From positions 5,952,001 through 6,016,000 of the forward strand of contig OZ245365.1 in the NCBI GenBank assembly GCA_965226495.1: a stretch of DNA of 64,000 bases. Direction: 5' to 3'. A program made the position numbers and the translations under genes. The notes under the pieces were generated by a model. The model made no database searches. It was given only the letters and a program-made list of their open reading frames with translations, and had not been told where the DNA came from. Below are positions 49,234 to 59,155 of this stretch, one piece after another. Origin of the DNA: Candidatus Marinacidobacterales bacterium (GTDB lineage Bacteria > Acidobacteriota > Vicinamibacteria > Marinacidobacterales > DATDRI01). How positions within the stretch are numbered: the stretch's first letter is position 1; every line of letters starts with the position of its first letter.

Positions 49234-49887
49234 ATGATGAGAATCGATCACGCCTCGGTCCTCTTTCAAAACTGGACGTTCTCGAAAGGCCTGAGTGAGG
49301 TCCAAGAAACCTTTACATCGATCGACGAGCTATTCGACCTTTGTGTCGTTAAGGAGATGTCCCCGGAGCGGGTCCTTCTGTCCGGAAAGGATGAGACCGG
49401 TCGCGAACACTTTCTTACGCTACTTTACGGAGTGATGCGCGTCGCTCCAAGCGATTCGAACGGGGAGCAAATCACCGACGATTCGAGTCCACCACCGAAG
49501 GCGGATCCGGCCCAACTCGACGTTCATTCAAAGGGTTCGTTGCACGAACTCGAGCAAGCGGTACTCGGCGCTATGCGCCCCGGTCCAGATTCACCGGCTG
49601 AAGAACCGAGTTACCTAGACGAGATTCGGGAGCTCTGCCACGAACGAGCTTGGGACGCGACGGTGAGACTATCGGATTTGGCCCAATCGCTAAGTAGCCT
49701 GGTCAACGGTATCACTTGGGCGCAAAAGGTCGTTGAGTTCCGCGGGGCGCAAGATGGCGAGGGATCGGAACGTACGGAGTTGGCCACCATGCTCGAGGGC
49801 GGGGTCGGGAGAATAGGACATATGCGGAGCATGCTGGCCGTTTTCGACCGGCAGCTCATTGCTCTGGCTGGTCGTCTCGCGAAATAG
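49234..49887 (+). CDS. Hypothetical protein
   Basis: 217-aa ORF with plausible composition, no recognised motif. Confidence 0.55.
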   Translation: MMRIDHASVLFQNWTFSKGLSEVQETFTSIDELFDLCVVKEMSPERVLLSGKDETGREHFLTLLYGVMRVAPSDSNGEQITDDSSPPPKADPAQLDVHSKGSLHELEQAVLGAMRPGPDSPAEEPSYLDEIRELCHERAWDATVRLSDLAQSLSSLVNGITWAQKVVEFRGAQDGEGSERTELATMLEGGVGRIGHMRSMLAVFDRQLIALAGRLAK

Positions 49888-49911
49888 TCTCAAAAACCTT
49901 AGGCAGGACGT

Positions 49912-51549
49912 CTACTCCTCTATTGATTTTCTTTCCGACTCCTTCTGTCGCAGTTCCACACGGCGGATCTTGCCGGTTTGGGTGCGAGGAAGCTCGGATA
50001 CAAACTCGACTTCGCGCGGATATTTGTATGGCGCGAGCTGCTCTCGCACATGCTTTTGGAGCTCCTCGGTGAGCTCGGCACCAGCGTCGAAGCTCTTGTT
50101 CAGGACGACGAAGGCTTTCACGATGTGCCCGCGAAGCTCGTCCGGCGAAGCGACGACCGCCGTTTCCGCTACCGCCGCGTGTTCCATTAGAACGTTCTCC
50201 ACCTCCGGGCCGGCGACGTTGTAGCCGGAAGTGATAATTAGATCGTCGCCGCGACATTGGTAGTGGAAGTAACCTTCTGAGTCGCGCGTGTAGATGTCCC
50301 CGGGTAGGTTCCAACCTTCCCGGACGTATCGCTTCTGACGCTCCGGCTTGCCCCAGTACTTGCAACCGGTGGGTCCGGAAACGGCGAGCATCCCCGGTTT
50401 TCCGTCGGGAAGATCCTGCATTTTTTCGTCCACCACTCTTGCCTGATAACCCGGAACGACTTCGCCCGTTGATCCGGCTCGTGCGCGACCCGGCTGAGAG
50501 GAAATGAAGATGTGGAACAATTCGGTGCTCCCGATCCCGTCGAGGAGCTCCATGTCGAACATCTCTTTCCACTGCTCGAACGTCACCGCAGGGAGAGTCT
50601 CCCCAGCACTCACCGGCGCCCGAAGGCTCGAGAGATCGAACCGTTGTTTTACGTTCTCGACCTGCATCATGAGTTTGTAGGAAGTCGGCGCGCAGAACGC
50701 GCCGGTCGCGCGGTATCGAGTGATGGTATCCAACATCGTTTCTGGAGTGAACCGCTCGATGAGACATGTCGCGGCCCCGAATCGGAGCGGATAGACCAAC
50801 AACCCGCCTAGTCCGAAGGTGAAGGCGAGAGGCGGATGACCGGTGAAAATATCTCCCGGCTCCGGGGCGAGGACTTTCTTGGCATAGGTGTCCGCGGAGG
50901 CGAGTACGTCGCTCGGGAAGTGGACGCAGCCTTTGGGAACACCGGTGCTGCCCGATGTGTAGGCGATGAGCGCCGGCTCGTCCCGGCCGATCTCCACCGA
51001 GGGCACCGGTTCGTACGCGGCGAGCTCCTCGAAGGTCGGTGAGCCTGGTGAGCCTGACGTAGAGTCTCCCGACACAACAATCTTCTCGATGGTGTCGAGC
51101 TGTGGTCGCGCTTTCTCCATCTCTTCGTAGAGGTCTGAAGAGACCAAGGCGACTTTTACTCGAGAGTCGTTTGAAACGTATTCCAACTCCCGCGCGCGAA
51201 GCAGTGGCATGGTCGCTAGCACGACCGCGCCCAACTTCTGAAGGGCGAACCAGGCGACGACGAATTCGGGACGATTGGGGAAGCGAAGCAAAACTCGATC
51301 GGTCGGCTCGACGCCTATGCTACGAAGCCCCCCCGCGAGCCGACTCGCCCTCTCGTCGAGCTCCCGGTAGCTGATGATCTCGTCCCGGTAGTAGATCGCA
51401 GGCATTTCGGCGAGCCCGGAATCCATCGCACGGCGCAGAAGCTCGTCGGCGAGGTTGAGTCGTGAAGGAATTTCGACAGTGACCCCATGCGCCCGGCGTG
51501 GCGGCATGAGATCCGCCGCGGGAAGGTAATCGGTTAGGTCGAAGGCCAA
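49912..51549 (-). CDS. Benzoate/2-aminobenzoate-CoA ligase family protein
   Basis: YTSGSTGVPKG, PPLAFTFGLGG, SAGETL, DGIGSTE, APYKYPR, TGKI. Confidence 0.88.
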   Translation of the reverse strand: MAFDLTDYLPAADLMPPRRAHGVTVEIPSRLNLADELLRRAMDSGLAEMPAIYYRDEIISYRELDERASRLAGGLRSIGVEPTDRVLLRFPNRPEFVVAWFALQKLGAVVLATMPLLRARELEYVSNDSRVKVALVSSDLYEEMEKARPQLDTIEKIVVSGDSTSGSPGSPTFEELAAYEPVPSVEIGRDEPALIAYTSGSTGVPKGCVHFPSDVLASADTYAKKVLAPEPGDIFTGHPPLAFTFGLGGLLVYPLRFGAATCLIERFTPETMLDTITRYRATGAFCAPTSYKLMMQVENVKQRFDLSSLRAPVSAGETLPAVTFEQWKEMFDMELLDGIGSTELFHIFISSQPGRARAGSTGEVVPGYQARVVDEKMQDLPDGKPGMLAVSGPTGCKYWGKPERQKRYVREGWNLPGDIYTRDSEGYFHYQCRGDDLIITSGYNVAGPEVENVLMEHAAVAETAVVASPDELRGHIVKAFVVLNKSFDAGAELTEELQKHVREQLAPYKYPREVEFVSELPRTQTGKIRRVELRQKESERKSIEE

Positions 51550-51570
51550 AGGTTAGGTGGCCCCCCGTTG

Positions 51571-52059
51571 TCAAGAAGCCGGAGTTGGCTGGATCGGTGG
51601 CGGCGGAGCACTTGTGCCGCCGGCAATTTGCGGTCCCAAGAAAAATGTCAAGATCGAGAGAATCTCCCCACTGTCTCCGAGATAGAGAACGATGACCCGA
51701 CCCTCGAGAAAGAAATGAGGCGTGGCGGGCCACGGGATGAACTCGCCATTGATCGTCACTCCGTCTTCGGAGATAGCGGAGGCGATCGAGATAGCGGTGC
51801 CGGGTCCGATCACCTCGAAGACGAGGACGTCGGCTCCCTGAACGTCGAAGTGCAGAGCAGGGATAGGGAGGAAACCGAAATTTTCCTCGCTGCCCAGCTC
51901 GACGGCGACGCCGTTGGCGAAAAGCTGCTCGGCGAAGTCTGCCAAATCAAAGACTTCCTCGCCGGGAGAGATGGCCTGACCCGTGCTGTTGGTATCGCAC
52001 GCGGCTAGGGCCATGTTCAAGACCAGGAGGAAACCAAGCGGGATGAGGACCTTTTTCAT
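51571..52059 (-). CDS. Hypothetical lipoprotein
   Basis: MKKVL...LAAC lipobox; GAGG RBS. Confidence 0.7.
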   Translation of the reverse strand: MKKVLIPLGFLLVLNMALAACDTNSTGQAISPGEEVFDLADFAEQLFANGVAVELGSEENFGFLPIPALHFDVQGADVLVFEVIGPGTAISIASAISEDGVTINGEFIPWPATPHFFLEGRVIVLYLGDSGEILSILTFFLGPQIAGGTSAPPPPIQPTPAS

Positions 52060-52191
52060 TGCAGTTACCTCGGCACCTATATTACCCCAACACAAAGGGT
52101 GAGCACCCATGGGCGCGGCTTCCCATGGCTGGGGGGGGCGGGCAACCGCTATGTTACCATGCGCTCCCATAGCGTCCAACTGGAAGTGCCC

Positions 52192-54069
52192 ATGTCCCGT
52201 CGAGCAAAGGCCGCCCTCATCTCTCTGAGTCTCTTCGCCTTCGGAGCGCCTGCCGCTGGACAGGATCTCGACACGATGGTGACCCGGATGGCCAGGATTG
52301 GCTCTTCCTGGTCCCCTAGCTTCTCGCCGGATGGCAGCCGCTTGGCCTTCGTATCCGATCTGACTGGAGTGCCTCAGGTCTGGACCATCCCCACGCAAGG
52401 CGGCTTTCCGGAGCAGGTGACTTCTTTGGGCGATCCCGTCGGGAGCGTTTCATGGTCCCCGGAAGGTTCCTGGCTCAGTTTCTCCCTGGCTCCCGGTGGG
52501 GGTATGAACGCCCAGGTATATATCGTTCGACAAGACGGAACCGGGCTCCGAAGGCTGACCGATGGCGGAAAGGAAACCAATTGGCTGGGGGTGTGGGCAG
52601 ATGACGGCACCGCGCTCACTCTAGGCTCGAACCGAAGGAGCGGTGAGGCCATCGATGCTTATCTCGCGGATATCCCCGGCGGAGAGATCCGGCTGGTCAG
52701 TGAGAACAAGGGCGTCGGCCAGGTCAGCTCCATTAGTGAGGATGGGCGCCACGCCGTTCTCTCCCGACTGCAGAGTCGGGGTGACAACAATCTCTACCTG
52801 ATTCATTTGCAGGGCGGTAGAGAAGTGCACTTGACTCCTCATGAGCCGCCCGGAACGTTCAGCGGCAAGATTACCGCTGATGGCCAAACCGTGTACCTCC
52901 TTTCGAACAAAGGGCGGGATCTCGCTGCCTTCGCCCGGATACGGCTCGGCGACAACGACCGCCCGGGCCCCATCGAAGTGCTGGCGGAACGAAAGGACGG
53001 GGAGCTCCAGGACTTCGCTCTCAGCAAGGATGGAAAAGTTGCCGCCTTGTTCTGGAACGTTGCGGGAAGGAACGAGCTGTCCTTCTTCGACCTCCGCAAA
53101 GTGAAATCGAGACCGGGACCGAAGCTGCCGGGCGAGATCGTCAGCAGTTTCACTCTTTCCGAAGACGCCACGCATTTGGCGATGACGATCTCCGGCGCGA
53201 CGTTGCCGAACGATGTTTGGGTGTATGACCGCAAGAGCGATCGTCTCACGCAAGTGACACGCAGCCCCCATCCCGGGGTGGATCTTTCCACTTTGGTGAG
53301 CCCCCAGCTCGTGAACTTCCAGTCATACGATGGCCTGGAGCTGTCGGGCTGGCTCTACCGACCCCATCATGCGGCTGGAGGAGCGGCGGCAGGCCCGATC
53401 GTTCTGAGCTTCCATGGCGGGCCGGAGGGACAGGAGCGGCCGCGTTTCCGCAGTACGTACCAAGCACTCTTGTCGCAAGGGATCTCGGTTTTCGCACCGA
53501 ACGTGCGCGGTTCCGCCGGCTTCGGGAAACGATTCGTGAACTTGGACAACGGTGCGTTGCGCTTCAATGGGATTCGAGACATCAAAGCGTGTGTCGACTA
53601 CGTGATTGATTCCGGCGTGGCCGATCCCAAGCGTATCGGCGTCATGGGCGGATCCTATGGTGGTTATATGACGATGGCGGGACTCGTCGAGTACCCGGAA
53701 CTTTTTTCTGCGGGAGCCAACCTATTTGGTGTCGTCAACTTCGAAACCTTCTTCAAGTATACCGAGCCTTGGATGGCGGCCATCTCCACGATAGAGTATG
53801 GCGACCCCCAGACCGAGGCAGACCTGCTTCACCGCCTCTCTCCGATTCACAAGATCGATAACGTCGTGGCCCCCACGATCGTGCTTCATGGCGCCAATGA
53901 CACCAACGTTCCCGTGGTCGAGGCGGAGCAGGTCGTTGCCTCACTGAAGAAGCGGGGCATTGCGGTGGAGTACATCCTCTTTGCCGACGAGGGGCACGGA
54001 TTTCGCAAGGAGCCGAATCGTATCCGCTCGGCGGTGGCGATCGTTCGTTGGTTCGTGGAGCACCTGTGA
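52192..54069 (+). CDS. S9 family prolyl oligopeptidase/acylaminoacyl peptidase
   Basis: Beta-propeller SPDG repeats, HGGPE, GGSYGG, GANDTNV, DEGHGF. Confidence 0.93.
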   Translation: MSRRAKAALISLSLFAFGAPAAGQDLDTMVTRMARIGSSWSPSFSPDGSRLAFVSDLTGVPQVWTIPTQGGFPEQVTSLGDPVGSVSWSPEGSWLSFSLAPGGGMNAQVYIVRQDGTGLRRLTDGGKETNWLGVWADDGTALTLGSNRRSGEAIDAYLADIPGGEIRLVSENKGVGQVSSISEDGRHAVLSRLQSRGDNNLYLIHLQGGREVHLTPHEPPGTFSGKITADGQTVYLLSNKGRDLAAFARIRLGDNDRPGPIEVLAERKDGELQDFALSKDGKVAALFWNVAGRNELSFFDLRKVKSRPGPKLPGEIVSSFTLSEDATHLAMTISGATLPNDVWVYDRKSDRLTQVTRSPHPGVDLSTLVSPQLVNFQSYDGLELSGWLYRPHHAAGGAAAGPIVLSFHGGPEGQERPRFRSTYQALLSQGISVFAPNVRGSAGFGKRFVNLDNGALRFNGIRDIKACVDYVIDSGVADPKRIGVMGGSYGGYMTMAGLVEYPELFSAGANLFGVVNFETFFKYTEPWMAAISTIEYGDPQTEADLLHRLSPIHKIDNVVAPTIVLHGANDTNVPVVEAEQVVASLKKRGIAVEYILFADEGHGFRKEPNRIRSAVAIVRWFVEHL

Positions 54070-54194
54070 GTATTTCTCTTAGTCCGTTAATCCCTCTCCC
54101 TCTGGGAGAGGGCCTGGGTGAGGGTCCTACCCCTTGACTTTGGCCACGACGAGCGTGACGTCGTCCGCAAGGGGGGCGCCGCGAGTGAACTCGG

Positions 54195-54557
54195 TCAACC
54201 CCGAAAGGACGCCCTCTTTAATGGCATCCGCACCTCACGGCGGAAGCGTTCTAACTTGGTCTCGTCGCCCTGGATGTCCTCGGGAAGAAATTTTAGGGCG
54301 ACCGCTTGACCGAGCTCGAGGTCGTTGGCTCGGTAGACCTCGCCCATGCCGCCTCTGCCTACGCGCAGTTCGATGCGGTAACGTTCGGCTAAGACGTCGC
54401 CGGGGCTGAATCTAACTTTTTCGGACTTCCGGGGAGCCGACAGCGAAAGCTGTGCCTTGGTGACGGTCGAAGAGAGCTGTTCCAGCGGCTCGCCGCAGGA
54501 AGGGCAGAAGCGGTTCTCCTGGGTGATTTCCTCCGAGCAGGCTGGGCAGTTCAGCAT
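54195..54557 (-). pseudogene. Truncated Ser/Thr kinase with N-terminal zinc ribbon
   Basis: CPAC...[29 protein letters not shown], then stop. Confidence 0.8.
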
Positions 54558-54693
54558 GTGTGGATTCCGAAATGTCGAGCGACGGAAATGTTAGCGGTTC
54601 TCCTGGGTGATTTCCTCCGAGTTGGCGAGAAGCGCCGACGCAACTCTATCGCCCTTGCAGAGTTACCAAGGGCAGGGTTTAATTCCAGACAAG

Positions 54694-55230
54694 ATGCTGC
54701 ACTGGCTGAGGGAATCGCTCTTCGGGTACTTGGTCTTTCTGGCGTTCGTCTGGGTCCTCATCCCCAGTGCGCTCGTCTACTTCATCGTCTTCCGCCGACG
54801 GTGGCGCGATCGTCTGATGGGTGCATCGATCACCATCGCCGTTTTGGTGACCAACGCTTATCTCTTTTGGCCCATCTTTACACTGAACGACGGGCCCTTC
54901 TACTCGGAGCCCTATGAAGGGGACCTTGCGGCCATGGAGCTATATAGCGAAACGCCTCTCCAACGATTAGGCGAGACGGTCTACCGCCTGGAGGTCCGGG
55001 TCGGACACGACAAGAACGTGTTTGTCCTGAGGGATCCCGACGGGACGTTGCGCTGGCAGCGAGTGCCCGACCATGACGGCCCGCTCGGCAAGATTCGGCT
55101 CAGAGAGCAATACACGCGCCTTTCGTGGTGGGGCGGCTGGACGGTGGCCATCGATCCCGAAAAGCAGGAAGGCGGGTCCCTCTATCTTGGCCCGCTCGGG
55201 GGATTTCGCTACTTCTATCTAAGCTGGTAG
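54694..55230 (+). CDS. Hypothetical membrane protein
   Basis: 2 N-terminal TM helices. Confidence 0.55.
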   Translation: MLHWLRESLFGYLVFLAFVWVLIPSALVYFIVFRRRWRDRLMGASITIAVLVTNAYLFWPIFTLNDGPFYSEPYEGDLAAMELYSETPLQRLGETVYRLEVRVGHDKNVFVLRDPDGTLRWQRVPDHDGPLGKIRLREQYTRLSWWGGWTVAIDPEKQEGGSLYLGPLGGFRYFYLSW

Positions 55231-55249
55231 AGAATTGAAGCGGTAGAGT

Positions 55250-56100
55250 TGCGACGGCTCTCCACTTTATCCCACCGCTCGGCCGGTCGCTGGGTCGTCG
55301 GCGTGATCCTCGTCGCTCGAAAAAGAATGCCGCGATATGGGCTGGCCTGGTGTTGGGAATCGCCGCGGCTATCCGCTATAGCGAAATCCTCTTCGTCGTT
55401 CCTGGTCTCATCCATCTCGCTTTGGACAAACGCTACCGTGACGGAGCCGTCTTCGTGGTTAGCTTCGTCTGCTCGCTGTTCCTCGTCCTCGAAGTCACCA
55501 ACGGTCTTTATTGGGGGGAGCGACTGGTTGACCTTCGGCCTTGCATTGGCCTCTTTGAAGTGGGCGCCGTCTCGGATGGCGTGGTGGGCATTCCTTCCCG
55601 TGGTTTTGCTGAGTTTCTTGTCTCACAAAGAAGCTCGCTATCTATTACCCGTGGTTCCTTTCGTCGTCATGTTGGCAGCGGCGGTCTTTTGGCAACTGCT
55701 ATCGAGTTCCAAGGGGTGCGCACGGCCATGGTCGGGGGACTGCTCATAGCGATGGTCGCGCTGGGACTGACTCTTCTCCGCTTTCGGAGCTCGGAGGAAG
55801 CGGTGGATGCGGCACGTTACGTCGCAGAAAGCGCGGACGGTGGCGTCGTGGTGCAGCGATGGACTTCGGGTTGAAGGCTGTACTTATGGAAGCTCCCGCG
55901 GTTCGAGCGTCTCACCCAGGAGCAGATGGAAGATCGAGAGGTCTTTCGTGCGAGCATCTCGCAGGAGTGTATTTCGTGGGTGTTCGTCGATGGGCAGGAC
56001 GTCGACCGATTGGATTACGAGGGAGTTCTGGTAGAGCTGGAGTACGAAGCCGTCCTTTTTCCCACTCGCCGCCGGTCGGGCGAACACAAACTGTTCCGGC
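55250..56100 (+). pseudogene. Degraded GT-C (Alg9/PIG-B-like) glycosyltransferase
   Basis: LGIAAAIRYSE and LSFLSHKEARYLLP in different frames. Confidence 0.6.
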
Positions 56101-56123
56101 GATAGAGATCGTGCCGCGGAGCC

Positions 56124-57098
56124 TTAGCGAATCGCGATCGGCCTCGCCGGCGAGCCGGTGGCTCCCTTGAAACGAATCGGCGTCATGATGAAGAGAAACT
56201 CCGTGACACCGTCCCGAGCGAGCTCCTCGAGGGCCATATTCTCGAGGTTGAAGATTCCGTTCTTGGTGATGATCTCTTGGTGGATGGGGTAGGCAAGGTT
56301 GGGATCGGGATTGGGAACGACTTCCGTGGAGCCGCCGTCCGAGCCGACCATCGAGGGTTTGCGGTCGATGACCCACGTAGCGGCTTCGAAGCCGATTCCG
56401 GGCATGTTTCCCTGGTTCTTGACGGGATCGCTCCATGTCTTCGACCAGCCGTAGCGAAAAATGAGGGCGTCGCCCGACTGGATGTCATCCTCCGACAAGC
56501 CTTGCTTGGCGAGCGCTCCTTGGATGTCGGCCAGCGTCACCTCGTAGCCCGGCCCCAGCATGTCGACTCCCTTGTACCCCGCGACATCGATGAGGATGCC
56601 GCGCGTGAAGATAGGTTTCACGTGCTCGATGCCGAGCTTCTTTAGGCCGTACGGACTCTTCATCTCCGCGACCGTATGTCCGTTGTAGAAGATGTTCTTC
56701 ACCGACCCGTCGTCTGCGGTCACCTCTGTCCCGACGTGTCCCAACCCGTCGAACTGCGTTCCCACCTGTCCGATTTCAGCGCAGACAAACTCGTCGTGGT
56801 ACACGATCTTGTTTTCGCCGAGCGGCCCGCCGGTCGGGGAGCCGGGGATGAACATCGCGTAGGATCGACCGGGGAAGAGAGGCATTCCTCGCTCGTAGAC
56901 ATGCCCCAGCTCATAGACCTGGCCCGATTTCACGAGCCGGCTCGCCTCGAGAATCTTCTCCGGAGTGATCCAGTTGGATCCGCCCGCCTGGTCGCCTTCT
57001 CCCCAAATGGGATGCGGCCACCAGGGTTCGGTTTGCGCACCGACCCCGGGCGCTCCGAAGGTGGCGACCAAAAAGGCGAGTAACAGCGTCTTCTTCAT
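56124..57098 (-). CDS. Secreted cyclase family (kynurenine formamidase-like) metal hydrolase
   Basis: GTQFDGLGH, RGILID, VGSD, H..., LEN, GATGSP. Confidence 0.88.
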   Translation of the reverse strand: MKKTLLLAFLVATFGAPGVGAQTEPWWPHPIWGEGDQAGGSNWITPEKILEASRLVKSGQVYELGHVYERGMPLFPGRSYAMFIPGSPTGGPLGENKIVYHDEFVCAEIGQVGTQFDGLGHVGTEVTADDGSVKNIFYNGHTVAEMKSPYGLKKLGIEHVKPIFTRGILIDVAGYKGVDMLGPGYEVTLADIQGALAKQGLSEDDIQSGDALIFRYGWSKTWSDPVKNQGNMPGIGFEAATWVIDRKPSMVGSDGGSTEVVPNPDPNLAYPIHQEIITKNGIFNLENMALEELARDGVTEFLFIMTPIRFKGATGSPARPIAIR

Positions 57099-58402
57099 GG
57101 CGTCACCGGCATCACCGTATCCGTGGAGCGATTGTCGCGGACGATCTTTCCGCCTTGGATAACCAAAATCGGTTGGGTAAGCACCTTGATATTCTCGAGG
57201 GGATTGCCGGGAACGACGATGAGATCGGCAAGCTTCCCCACCTCCAACGTTCCGACCGAGTCGGCCACGCCGCACGCCATGGCGCCGACGCGGGTTGCGG
57301 CCTCGATCGCTTCCTGGTGCGAGTACCCCCACGTGATGAACTGCTCGAGCTCTTCGATGAAGTAGTTGCCGATCTCGCCTTGCCGCCCGCCCTCGACGTC
57401 GGTCGCAATCGCCATGGGCACGCCGGCCTCATGCATCTTGCGGAATCGGTCCTCGGCATGTGCGCGCGTCAGTTGGAAGCGGATATCCGACTCGCTCGGC
57501 TCACGCGTTCTCCTTCCGATGCCGCGAATCGTCGGCACGACGATGGTCCCTTTTTCCTTCATCATCGCGATGACCGCCGCCTGGTTCTTCATTGGGTAAA
57601 GATGTTCGATCGTGTCGGCGCCCGCCGCAACCGCCCACTCCACCATCATCAACTCTGGATCTGAGTACCAGTCGGGCGACACCGGCTTCCCGCCTTTTCG
57701 CCCTCCCGCATGGACCGCAATCATGGCACCGAGGTTGTGCGTCTCCTCGATGGCGATCTCGATCTCTTCGCGAGTAAAGGGTGACGTGACTTTGGTGACA
57801 TCCGCTCCCAGTTTGAAATTCTGGCGGATGTGTCGTCGCCATTCTCCTGGGGTGTCCGAGGCAAGGAGCCACTTCGGTGGCACCATCAACTCAAACTCGG
57901 AGGCGTGCGCCCCGGTCTGCCCCACCACGCCGTTCGCCACGATGAGTCGGGGTCCTTCGATGTAGCCATTCGCCAGTGCCTGCTTCAGGCCGATGCCCAC
58001 GTTGTGCCGCGACCCGAGATCGCGCATCAGGGTGATGCCGGCATCGAGCGCTTGCCGCAGGATCGCCGACGCACGAAGCGCGGAAAGCGAATCGTCTTCG
58101 AAGTCTCTGGGGGCGGCAAGGAAGAAGGCCGGGTGCACGTGAACGTCCGCGAGACCGGGAAGAACGGTGGCCCCCGATACGTCAATGACTTCCGCTCCTG
58201 CGGGAATGCGGACTCGATCCTTCGGACCCACCTCGGTGATGCGTTCCCCTTGGATGACGACCGCATAGTCCTCGTTGACGCCGGCGCCCGTTGCGTCGAT
58301 GAGCCGATCGCCGATTATGACGATGGAGTTGGTCTCGGAATCCTGGGCGGCGGCGCTCGCGGCGATCAGGATCGTGGACAGGAAAAGCGTTGCTGATTTC
58401 AT
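57095..58402 (-). CDS. Secreted amidohydrolase family protein
   Basis: LPGLADVHVH, AVHA, IEH, ATD, GTLEVGKLADL. Confidence 0.9.
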   Translation of the reverse strand: MKSATLFLSTILIAASAAAQDSETNSIVIIGDRLIDATGAGVNEDYAVVIQGERITEVGPKDRVRIPAGAEVIDVSGATVLPGLADVHVHPAFFLAAPRDFEDDSLSALRASAILRQALDAGITLMRDLGSRHNVGIGLKQALANGYIEGPRLIVANGVVGQTGAHASEFELMVPPKWLLASDTPGEWRRHIRQNFKLGADVTKVTSPFTREEIEIAIEETHNLGAMIAVHAGGRKGGKPVSPDWYSDPELMMVEWAVAAGADTIEHLYPMKNQAAVIAMMKEKGTIVVPTIRGIGRRTREPSESDIRFQLTRAHAEDRFRKMHEAGVPMAIATDVEGGRQGEIGNYFIEELEQFITWGYSHQEAIEAATRVGAMACGVADSVGTLEVGKLADLIVVPGNPLENIKVLTQPILVIQGGKIVRDNRSTDTVMPVTP

Positions 58403-58468
58403 GGAATCCTCCGATTATTGTCGGAGGATGATATCCCCGCGGGGGATGCTGAAGCAATCTAATAGAGG

Positions 58469-58918
58469 CTATTTGCCAGGGAAGGTGTTCGTCGGAAGCG
58501 GCATTTTCTCGTTCGAATCGTCTCCTTCGGGCCTTTCGGGCCCTCCGAGGACACTCGAACTAAAGGCGACCCGGAACTCGGGTCGTTGAAGAATGGCGTA
58601 GAGCGTCTTGAGTTGTTCTTCTTCGAGCCGGGAGAATTTGACGCCGTGGACGAAACTGGATTTGCCGGCTTCTTGCTGTGTGCTCCACATGACGTTGGCT
58701 TCGGTCACGAAGGGCTCCATGTCGCGATCGAAGCTGATTCGTAGAAGGATGGTCGAACCGGCTGCGTAGGAAATGCCTGTATCGAAGCTGCACCCTGCCT
58801 CGGAGATGTCGGTGATCAAACCGAAGGCCTGGCCGTGCTGCACGTCGTGGATCGCCACTGGGATAGAGTTCTGCGGCACCAGCCGAGGGAACTTTCGATT
58901 CGCAAGGTATTTGCTCAT
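58469..58918 (-). CDS. PilZ domain protein
   Basis: RKFPR (RxxxR) and DISEAG (DxSxxG). Confidence 0.85.
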   Translation of the reverse strand: MSKYLANRKFPRLVPQNSIPVAIHDVQHGQAFGLITDISEAGCSFDTGISYAAGSTILLRISFDRDMEPFVTEANVMWSTQQEAGKSSFVHGVKFSRLEEEQLKTLYAILQRPEFRVAFSSSVLGGPERPEGDDSNEKMPLPTNTFPGK

Positions 58919-58948
58919 TTCTCTCCTTTAAACCACCTAATCCCTATG

Positions 58949-58963
58949 GCAACTATCACGCCA
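58949..58963 (-). promoter_or_regulatory. Sigma54 promoter of the PilZ gene
   Basis: TGGCGT-GATAG-TTGC about 30 nt upstream of the start. Confidence 0.65.
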
Positions 58964-59084
58964 GTTCTGACCCTCGGACCCTATGCTAGATCGCGTGCAA
59001 TGACAGTCATTTAGCCGAAGGGAGCTGGGCGAGCTCCGGCGGTAGTGGAGGGAAACTCCTACGTCTTAGGGGGAAACTCAGACG

Positions 59085-59153
59085 CTCGCGGCTTTGGTGC
59101 CTGCCTATCGGGCGTCGCGCGTCGACCCAATTCTTGCGCTCCGGGACGAATAG
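59085..59153 (+). pseudogene. ADOP ABC permease extreme C-terminal remnant
   Basis: LAALVPAYRASRVDPILALRDE*. Confidence 0.7.
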
Positions 59154-59155
59154 AT

